Shown here piece after piece: positions 56,211 to 64,000 of a DNA stretch of 64,000 nt. A program made the translations under genes and the position numbers. Every line of letters begins with the position of its first letter. The first letter of the stretch is position 1. The stretch is taken from positions 186,001-250,000 of IMG/VR virus record IMGVR_UViG_3300042465_005589; one strand, given 5' to 3'. The notes beneath the pieces are model-generated. The model saw only the letters and a program-made list of their open reading frames with translations, was not told where the DNA came from and did no database searches.

Positions 56211-56235
56211 ATTGATAAATATCAATTTTATATTT

Positions 56236-57459
56236 TTAATCTACTTTTATTATATTAAAAAACTTATACCCATATTTTTCAAGGTCTCCCAAATTATCAA
56301 CTTCACCTAATCGTTCCATCGATTCTAATCCAGAAACTTTCCCCCGTTCAATGAACACATTAGATTGAACTTCTGGCTCATCAATTACATTTAATAATGC
56401 TTCATTTTTTACAATTGGTTCACATACCGTATCTATTGGTGTAACACCACTAACAACAAATAGAGTCGTACCATCATTATAATCATAATAATCAACACCA
56501 TTAATTGTATATCCGGTATATAATTGATTACCATTTGCACTTCCGCCCCAATATGTACCGACAACACCTGTCGTACCTGTCACTTGGACACCTATTTTAT
56601 AATTACCATTATCTAAAGTAGATTTATTACCATAAACCTTTAAATCAGACACCGATGATTGTGTATATCCTGTTACAACTAATGGGACAGTTAAATAAGG
56701 GTTAACACCACTTTGATATGTTTGACAACTAGCATCTCCACTATAAATAAAATCATAACAAACTGAAGTTGCCGACCAATTACCACCCATAGGTGTAAAA
56801 CAAGTCCTTCCTTTTGGGTCTAATATTGTCACATTAGTAAATGGTACATATATTGTTTTCTTCACCACATTGGAACCCCACGGACTCATGCCTGACATAC
56901 TAATAGTAAACCCACTAGAAGGACTTGGCGGATAAGTATGTGAATAAAAACTAGGACTAGTAGAAGTTATTATTTGTTTTGGGGAACCATCACCCCAATC
57001 AATTTCATAATTTGAAAATGATAAGTATTTTTTAAATTCAACGTCCGAAGTATTATAAAAATTATAAGTATATGGGTCGATTGTATTGGCTGAGAACAAA
57101 AAGTTAGTCATAACCTCTTGTTGTAATACCATTCCATCAAAAACTGAATAATATCCAACATCTACCGTATTTTCAGTAATTAATATTGGAATCGTTAAAC
57201 CTGTTAATAATGATGTACCAGGTTTGAGTGTTGCTTTTGAAATATTAGAAGTGTTTGTTCCTCCTGTTAATATTTGAGTCATTGACGAATATACATAAGC
57301 ATTCCCATCAATATATTTGGTTACCTCACGAGTATAGATATCACAACAAAATGGTATTTTTTGTTCTTCAAGATACGGGTCTCCGATATAACTAATTTTA
57401 AAAACATCACCATTAATTACTTCAGGAGATATTCTTATACGATATGTGTTTGCACTCAT
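56236..57459 (-). CDS. Structural protein with a PKD-like domain
   Basis: YEIDWGDGSP...YSHTY. Confidence 0.7.
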   Translation of the reverse strand: MSANTYRIRISPEVINGDVFKISYIGDPYLEEQKIPFCCDIYTREVTKYIDGNAYVYSSMTQILTGGTNTSNISKATLKPGTSLLTGLTIPILITENTVDVGYYSVFDGMVLQQEVMTNFLFSANTIDPYTYNFYNTSDVEFKKYLSFSNYEIDWGDGSPKQIITSTSPSFYSHTYPPSPSSGFTISMSGMSPWGSNVVKKTIYVPFTNVTILDPKGRTCFTPMGGNWSATSVCYDFIYSGDASCQTYQSGVNPYLTVPLVVTGYTQSSVSDLKVYGNKSTLDNGNYKIGVQVTGTTGVVGTYWGGSANGNQLYTGYTINGVDYYDYNDGTTLFVVSGVTPIDTVCEPIVKNEALLNVIDEPEVQSNVFIERGKVSGLESMERLGEVDNLGDLEKYGYKFFNIIKVD

Positions 57460-58259
57460 TATGGATTAATATATTCATACCATTTTATGGAACTTGCCGT
57501 TCCAGCTCTAACATTTAAATCATCTAAAATCTCATACGTTTTATTAACGTAATCCAAATTTACTTTATAATAAAAATACTTCGACTCAAAATTAAAAACA
57601 CTTGGAATCAATGGAGATGATTGCGGTACTTTCATCATTTTAACATAAACACCTAATCTTCCATCAAAAAATTTTGCACTCATGTAAAAAGTTGTTAAAT
57701 TGTAAAATTTAACATTTTTTAACCAATAAATGAAAAACCCTTCTTTATCCCCAACAAAATCTAATTTATACGATGGCTTTTTAATTAAAACATCAGGTAT
57801 ATATGGAGATAAATTAGCCAATTCCGTAAACCCCTGTTGAACCGGTATAATTATTGTGAAATAATTGGTTTGAGATTTACCATCCATCGTATCATAAAAA
57901 TCTAATTTGAAAAACGATTTGGTAAAAGGTTTTTCAAAATAGTAAATTTCAGTTTTAGTAAAACCTTCCGGTAAATAACTAGTCACCCAATCATTATTAG
58001 TCGCCGTTGTTACATTAGTAGGATTACCACTATAAAAATGAAAATCATATTTAACGTCAGTTTTTGTATCATTATCATATGGTGCGTGTGAAAACCTCAG
58101 TAATTCAAAATCTTCAGCAACACCTATTATCTCCTTTATGACATCCTCTTCATAAAGTTCAATACTATCTTCTTGACCATACATATCCCATTTAAGTTCA
58201 ATCGGTAAAAGAATGTACTGTTCATCATTTGGGATTACAAATCTAAATTTATTACTCAC
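57459..58259 (-). CDS. Structural protein (tail operon)
   Basis: Aromatic-rich 266-aa ORF coupled to its neighbours. Confidence 0.7.
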   Translation of the reverse strand: MSNKFRFVIPNDEQYILLPIELKWDMYGQEDSIELYEEDVIKEIIGVAEDFELLRFSHAPYDNDTKTDVKYDFHFYSGNPTNVTTATNNDWVTSYLPEGFTKTEIYYFEKPFTKSFFKLDFYDTMDGKSQTNYFTIIIPVQQGFTELANLSPYIPDVLIKKPSYKLDFVGDKEGFFIYWLKNVKFYNLTTFYMSAKFFDGRLGVYVKMMKVPQSSPLIPSVFNFESKYFYYKVNLDYVNKTYEILDDLNVRAGTASSIKWYEYINP

Positions 58260-60075
58260 AATCGTCTATTATTGGTTCTGCGGTTATGTTTTGTTCACTA
58301 TAATTAGTTCCTTCCGGTATTATTCTAAAAATAATTGTCTCATTTGGATAATGAACACCATTTAAAAATGGATAATTAACTCCAACATTATCCGAATCTA
58401 TATAACCATAACTATATAAATCTTTCCACAAGAAGGCATCTTTACTTGACGAGAAATACGAATAATTCGGAACATCAACAACATTTTTCTTATTACCTTC
58501 TTCAACATACGGAGAAAAAGACCTAATAGTTAAACCTTGATGAGGTTGATAATAATAACCATAAGGATTACCTGATGACATATTAAGTCCCGCAGGTTTT
58601 GGTGTTCCTATATTAAACACTTGTGGATTATATGTGATTTTATGGTACAATTTTGAAATAACTCTTTCAGTTTGTTCAAAATTATTCCATTCACAATAAT
58701 CACCGTCTAACGTATCACCTTCTTTTAATGGTAAAACATATGTAAAATTAATTTTTTGACCAGCTGGCGATAACAAAACCCCCAATGGTGTTTGATAAGT
58801 ACCTAAAGGAAAATTAGTGTTTGATTTTGAGTTATTATCACCCCACCAAACAGATGGTAGTTTAGTTACAGGGTCTAAAGGTAAATTAAACTCATAACCT
58901 TGTTTTAAACCATAATACCCTAATCCAGCACCTTTTGGTCTTCCAAGAGTTAATCCGAAATAACCTTTCCAAATAGTTGTAAAAAATAACTCTGTAATTG
59001 GTCGTTGTAAATTGTCTAATAATGGATTTATTTTAATATCTTTACTAAAAGATAATGTGTAATTTTGTGAACCTTCCTTTATTGAAACTCTCGAAATTCT
59101 GTTAGGTGTATAACCACTACTTTCATATTTTTTCTTAATACCAAAAATATTTTGGTCAAATCCCGCGTTAACTAAAACCGCATCATCAACATTAGTTAAA
59201 ATCTTATGTTTTCTAACATAATACATTGATGTAGTATCATTAGGATTATCTGAATTAATAACTCTTTTAAACGTACCCTCAACACCATCATCAAATGTTG
59301 TACCTGTAAATCCAACATTAAAAATATTAAAAATATATAAATCACTACCCGCAAACCCATCGCCTAATGAATATACTGTAAAAGTGTCATTATTATTGTA
59401 TGAAAAATTTAACTTAACCGATTCACCCGCAGTTAAACCATGTTTAACCGGACATCTAAATGCCACAATATTTTGTCCATTATTTTCATCGTTTTCAATG
59501 ATAAATGGTATACCGGACGATGCCACCCAAGTTAAAGTTTCAGTTGTTTTTTTCTCAATTGCCTCTAATTGTTGGTTATAATCATTTTCAAAAGGATAAC
59601 TTATAAAATGATTCCAATTATATGTTGAAGCACTTTTGCTTACAAAATTAACATGACTATAACCACTAACATCCAAAACAGTATAACCCGAAACATTGTA
59701 ATCACTTCTAATAAAATCAAATTCATGATATTGGGGGAATCCTGTCCACGCAATCTTTGGGTCTATGGGACAATTTGCCTTTGCCGCTGCCACCTCATTT
59801 ACATAATACAAATTATTTTCTAACGGAACATAATTTGTAAATCCGGTGTACGAATTATTAAATAACACGGAAAATTTACATGTAGGTCTAAATATATCAG
59901 ATTTTTGTCTTTCATCATCAAACACTTGTTCTAAATTCACATCAATATTCCTATCAAACTCAACATTTTGTTGCGCTGTTTGTACTAAAGGTACATTAAA
60001 CATCAGATTAGTATCCGGAGCCGACTTATACCTTAATGAACCTAAAATTACTCTTGTATCTATTCTATTACCCAT
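58252..60075 (-). CDS. Structural protein (tail operon)
   Basis: 607-aa ORF coupled to its neighbours. Confidence 0.7.
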   Translation of the reverse strand: MGNRIDTRVILGSLRYKSAPDTNLMFNVPLVQTAQQNVEFDRNIDVNLEQVFDDERQKSDIFRPTCKFSVLFNNSYTGFTNYVPLENNLYYVNEVAAAKANCPIDPKIAWTGFPQYHEFDFIRSDYNVSGYTVLDVSGYSHVNFVSKSASTYNWNHFISYPFENDYNQQLEAIEKKTTETLTWVASSGIPFIIENDENNGQNIVAFRCPVKHGLTAGESVKLNFSYNNNDTFTVYSLGDGFAGSDLYIFNIFNVGFTGTTFDDGVEGTFKRVINSDNPNDTTSMYYVRKHKILTNVDDAVLVNAGFDQNIFGIKKKYESSGYTPNRISRVSIKEGSQNYTLSFSKDIKINPLLDNLQRPITELFFTTIWKGYFGLTLGRPKGAGLGYYGLKQGYEFNLPLDPVTKLPSVWWGDNNSKSNTNFPLGTYQTPLGVLLSPAGQKINFTYVLPLKEGDTLDGDYCEWNNFEQTERVISKLYHKITYNPQVFNIGTPKPAGLNMSSGNPYGYYYQPHQGLTIRSFSPYVEEGNKKNVVDVPNYSYFSSSKDAFLWKDLYSYGYIDSDNVGVNYPFLNGVHYPNETIIFRIIPEGTNYSEQNITAEPIIDDCE

Positions 60076-60077
60076 AA

Positions 60078-63000
60078 TTAATTAACAAATGTTGTTGTAT
60101 CAATCCATTTAGTTGTAAACCTATCAAACGCAGACGCACCTTTCTTTAAACCAAAGTAAAAATGAAACGGAGCCCCAACAGTTACTGAGTCTGGTTCCGG
60201 ATTATTTTTATCCCAATTTGAAATATTTTCATCTATTTGACCGAGATTGTTAACCGCGAATATATAACCTTTATAATAATTAGTTTCAGATGAATTATTT
60301 GCCGTACCTCTAAAATATCTTGATGTTGTTTCTATTCTATCCATTGATTGATATTTTAACGAAAGAAAACTACCATCACCATTAATTGGGTCTGTATTCC
60401 AACCATTATCTTCTTTTCCAAATATTGACGGTTTACTTGACAATTCTTCAATTCTCCATTGATAGAATGGAACTGTTTGACTAAACGCATCAAAATAACT
60501 AAACCCACAAGGCGAATTGGCTGGTACAGTATTATCAACAATCGTTCTTTTTGGTGTAATAAAATCTCTAGTTTGAGTATCCGAACTAAAGAAAATCCCT
60601 ATAACCGCACTATCCGAAGCAAATCCATTCCAATAAACAGGATTTTGTTGAGGAAATGGATTATCAGGATAATTTAAAGATTCAAAAGGAGATACCCCAA
60701 GTTCTGAATTGATTGAAATCAATTGAGAATAATCACCATCAACTTTGTATTTAACACGACTAAAATATGCCGTAATATTAGACCCTACTAAAAATTGTAA
60801 CATTTGGTCAATAAAACTTTTATTTATTAATCGACTAATAATCAATAAATTTAATATTTCTGTCACATTACCATACGTAGTTGTCGATAATTTATTTGCA
60901 ACATACCCATCGTATGCGTCCGACATAACTAATTCTTGTAAATAAGCACTTCTTGGTCCTAAATCAATTAAAGTTGTTGGAGTTAATAAATAATTAAAAT
61001 TATCTCCTTGAGCATTACTAAAACTAGAAGATGATGGTCTATCTTTACCAATAAAAATACCTGTAGAATCTTTATATGGACTACATCTATAATAAAAATT
61101 ATTAGTTGGGTGTAACACTAACGTATCTGTACAAAATTCACTATTTGGAACATTTGGTTGGTTCCCAAATGGGCTACCATACGTAACGTCATTATGGAAG
61201 GAATACGCGTATAAAGTACCATTTATCCAATTATTTGCAAATATATGTGACCAAACATTTCTACACGCACCAAGATTAATACTACTTCTAGATATCCACT
61301 CAGTTAATAAACCAAAATCTCGAAGTAATGAAACAAAAACTGTTGTTACAACAATATAACAACCTCCTTGAAAGATTGTTTCTCCATTATATTCTTCACA
61401 CCCACCATGATTTATTACAATATTACCATTACCATCATCCCCATAACACTCTAATGGTACAGACCCACTACAAGTAAATGAATCAATAACACTATTTGTG
61501 AAATTTTGAGTATCCCCCGTTAAATCTTGGGATGCTCCTCCCCCACCTGTAGATGCCGCACTAACAGCTGTATCAATACCCACTAAACCTTCATCAGGAA
61601 TATCATACATCATAAAAGATGAATTATGTTGTAACGAAAATCCATTACAACAAGTTTGTTCAACAGTAGTTGAGGTCGGTAATCTATCCGACCTCATAAC
61701 CATTCTATTATTATCGTTTGACGTTAATATATAAGTTAAAGTATTTCCTGTTGTATCATATATTGGTGCAAAATAATTACCTGTCCAATCATAACTATAA
61801 TTTGTTGGTAGACCAACAGTTAATCTCATATACGCCAACGACCCACCTTCAACTATTTCTCCAACATAATAACCTCTATTTGTATTAGTATCTGAACCAT
61901 TACCATTACTTACAGGGTTATAAGATGTACATTCTGGCGAGCTAGGATAAGGATATATATTCACCGTTACAGGAGCATTCCATTCCTTTGTAAAATCATT
62001 TTGACCAATAACGTTTAAACCATATACACTACTTGCTTGAGCACCATAAGAAACTGGTAATGGGTCTTCAAGACCATTCGGAGGTGGAGGACAACTTGGT
62101 TTATAAGTTAACGCATTGTTATCTAATTTAGAATAATAACTAAATAATGGTGATGTAAATGATGAAAATGAAGGGGTGTCCGCTGTAAAATCAAACGTAT
62201 CGAAATATAATTTTTCCCCAGAATATGAATCTGTCGCTAAATTATTTGGTAAATTATTTTCATCGTGACTTACATTCTTAAATTTACCCTGAATTGGATA
62301 ATTCATTTTATAATTCCCTTCAATAATTAATGATGGGTCACTTCCTAAATTTTTACCAAATAAAATATTTAAATCGTATCTAATTTTTACTCTCGGTACA
62401 TTAGGGTCAACACCTCTATTTAAGATTAAAACACATTGTTGGTCAGGGTCTTTTAAATAATTTATTGGTTTTTTTAATATCGGAAAATCTTGACTACCAT
62501 CTTTAGTGTAATCACCAACCCAACAACCCGGAGTTATTTGACCTCCACCTGCCCATCTTTGAAGAAACATTTCATTAAATAAAAATCGTTCATTAAGAGA
62601 ATTAGGTATTGATGTCCCACATTGACCACTAAATTCAGAATAAGTCATACCTGTTATAACTTGGAAATACTCCAAATCCATCGGGAATTTATAATAATTA
62701 TTATAACCATTTGTTGTACCAGTAAATTCCGTTGAACCTGTTAACATAACATTATAATTAATCTGTACAGGTGTCCCCGCGAGATTAGGGTTAGCATAAT
62801 AGAAAGAAACCTGAGTCATTCCTGTTGATGTAAATCCACTAATCGCTTGATTACCATAAGAATTTGTTACACCACTAAATAAATTAATATCTTTGGTTAA
62901 TGTAGGATTTTGGAATGAAATCATTTGACCAACACTTAAACTACTTAAACTATTTTTATCACATAAAATGACTATAGTGTTATCATAATGAAAATTAGTA

Positions 63001-64000
63001 GTTTGAGTTGGTGGATTATTATCTGGGTCAAATGTCACTTTTATTCTATTAACACCACCTCCCGGATTTACGCCAGGTGAGTTATCAAAATATTTCGCTT
63101 TTGTATTAAATAAATTTATTCTTTCCGCCAAAGTTAAATTAGATGAAAATATATAATCATTTTCTTGACTACCATTAAGTTCATAAACTATTTCCTGTAC
63201 TTTGGGAATACCAACACTATTATCGCTATCACCAGCAGGTATTTTACCTGAATATATTGATGTAACAGCATTTTTTATATAAGATTCTACTGAATTACCT
63301 GGAATTTTATATAAAGGACTACTAACACCTAACAAAACTAAAGATGACGATAACGCATTATCCGGTTTAGGGTCAAGATATATATACGGACAAGGAAATT
63401 CCTCAGTTGAATCACCTGAAATATCTGAAACGGAAGCCGTGGCATCTTCACTCACAGTACCTTCAGTACTTGGTGTTTGACCAACAGAACAATCGCATAA
63501 ATCACAATCCGGATAAGTCAACATAGGCAATGAAATACCTTTTAAATCCATCTTCCATAATTCCTTTAATATAATAACAAAAGCCGCAATAAGTAATATA
63601 TAAAGAATAATTTGAAGAAGATACCCAACAATTAAACCTAACGCATATGGTACCGTTCCAACAACTAAAATTGCCGTATTAATTATTTGTACAGTATAAT
63701 AAAGTATTAACGCAGGTATCACTAATATTCTAAGCAACATTATTGTAAAATATAATAAGTGCATAGTTATTAATAATCCATACAGTACGGGTCTAAATAC
63801 CATCATTAAAAATGAGTATAAAATATAAATTATATCAAATCTCATATTGGAATCGTTTGTTGGAAATTTGTTGTTTTCACTATTACAACTATCATCTAAT
63901 ATATTTTTAATCCCAATAAATCTATCAGGTGTTATACCTTTTCTAAATTTATCAACTAACTGAGATACCGTATAAACTTTATTGTATTGCATTACATAAA
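60078..64000 (-). CDS. Very large tail/baseplate protein with a long hydrophobic segment (partial, 5' end beyond window)
   Basis: Frame stays open upstream of ATG 63992 to the window edge; about 90-aa hydrophobic stretch followed by CDLCDC. Confidence 0.75.
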   Translation of the reverse strand, partial: YVMQYNKVYTVSQLVDKFRKGITPDRFIGIKNILDDSCNSENNKFPTNDSNMRFDIIYILYSFLMMVFRPVLYGLLITMHLLYFTIMLLRILVIPALILYYTVQIINTAILVVGTVPYALGLIVGYLLQIILYILLIAAFVIILKELWKMDLKGISLPMLTYPDCDLCDCSVGQTPSTEGTVSEDATASVSDISGDSTEEFPCPYIYLDPKPDNALSSSLVLLGVSSPLYKIPGNSVESYIKNAVTSIYSGKIPAGDSDNSVGIPKVQEIVYELNGSQENDYIFSSNLTLAERINLFNTKAKYFDNSPGVNPGGGVNRIKVTFDPDNNPPTQTTNFHYDNTIVILCDKNSLSSLSVGQMISFQNPTLTKDINLFSGVTNSYGNQAISGFTSTGMTQVSFYYANPNLAGTPVQINYNVMLTGSTEFTGTTNGYNNYYKFPMDLEYFQVITGMTYSEFSGQCGTSIPNSLNERFLFNEMFLQRWAGGGQITPGCWVGDYTKDGSQDFPILKKPINYLKDPDQQCVLILNRGVDPNVPRVKIRYDLNILFGKNLGSDPSLIIEGNYKMNYPIQGKFKNVSHDENNLPNNLATDSYSGEKLYFDTFDFTADTPSFSSFTSPLFSYYSKLDNNALTYKPSCPPPPNGLEDPLPVSYGAQASSVYGLNVIGQNDFTKEWNAPVTVNIYPYPSSPECTSYNPVSNGNGSDTNTNRGYYVGEIVEGGSLAYMRLTVGLPTNYSYDWTGNYFAPIYDTTGNTLTYILTSNDNNRMVMRSDRLPTSTTVEQTCCNGFSLQHNSSFMMYDIPDEGLVGIDTAVSAASTGGGGASQDLTGDTQNFTNSVIDSFTCSGSVPLECYGDDGNGNIVINHGGCEEYNGETIFQGGCYIVVTTVFVSLLRDFGLLTEWISRSSINLGACRNVWSHIFANNWINGTLYAYSFHNDVTYGSPFGNQPNVPNSEFCTDTLVLHPTNNFYYRCSPYKDSTGIFIGKDRPSSSSFSNAQGDNFNYLLTPTTLIDLGPRSAYLQELVMSDAYDGYVANKLSTTTYGNVTEILNLLIISRLINKSFIDQMLQFLVGSNITAYFSRVKYKVDGDYSQLISINSELGVSPFESLNYPDNPFPQQNPVYWNGFASDSAVIGIFFSSDTQTRDFITPKRTIVDNTVPANSPCGFSYFDAFSQTVPFYQWRIEELSSKPSIFGKEDNGWNTDPINGDGSFLSLKYQSMDRIETTSRYFRGTANNSSETNYYKGYIFAVNNLGQIDENISNWDKNNPEPDSVTVGAPFHFYFGLKKGASAFDRFTTKWIDTTTFVN

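Noticed and set aside
1432-60945. Numerous short ORF-track entries antisense to or nested in long genes (e.g. 1432, 2369, 3286, 4890, 7007, 12533, 15462, 18889, 20135, 21318, 22515, 25755, 29534, 37167, 39513, 42548, 43358, 47806, 49042, 54525, 59846, 60459)
   Set aside because: Shadow frames of real genes; biased composition mirrors the repeats of the true strand; no promoters or family motifs
1-64000. Stop-codon reassignment, as in some large phages
   Set aside because: Code 11 gives full-length, tightly tiled genes; TGA (2185) and TAG (42027) both act as stops at sensible ends
1-64000. Eukaryotic giant virus (NCLDV) or bacterial chromosome origin, suggested by DnaJ, LRRs and the plant-like GT
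   Set aside because: The sigma-70, bacterial promoters and terminators, amidase, DnaG-type primase and baseplate motifs indicate a bacteriophage; no ribosomal or housekeeping operons
1-64000. tRNA genes
   Set aside because: Intergenic gaps are short and AT-rich; no cloverleaf with a TTC-loop motif was found by eye; tRNAscan-SE would confirm

Overview
This window is a gene-dense, AT-rich (roughly 30% GC by eye) segment of a large tailed-phage (jumbo/huge myovirus-like) genome, standard genetic code. No rRNA, tRNA, CRISPR array or integrase was seen. The host is very likely a Bacteroidetes bacterium: there are TTTG-N19/20-TAnnTTTG promoters, no Shine-Dalgarno motifs, a Bacteroidetes-type sigma-70, an Hc1-like protein and SprB repeats. 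Layout: 1-33.2 kb is mostly minus strand. It mixes early/replication genes (primase, PD-(D/E)XK nuclease, SbcCD-like pair, sigma factor, two DNA methyltransferases, DnaJ, thioredoxins, Nudix) with late genes preceded by TATTTAT(A). The late genes include putative head-packaged proteins with (L/I)-x-E leaders and a lysis-like cassette. 33.2-64 kb is a tail/baseplate region in two convergent blocks. The most striking candidate system is a glycosyltransferase resembling the plant peptide O-glycosyltransferases SGT1/HPAT (GT96/GT95), embedded among Cys-rich tail proteins that carry mucin/extensin-like (Pro-Thr)n linkers, SprB repeats and LRR solenoids. This suggests phage-encoded O-glycosylation of the virion appendages. 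All family assignments come from motif recognition by eye, not from database searches.
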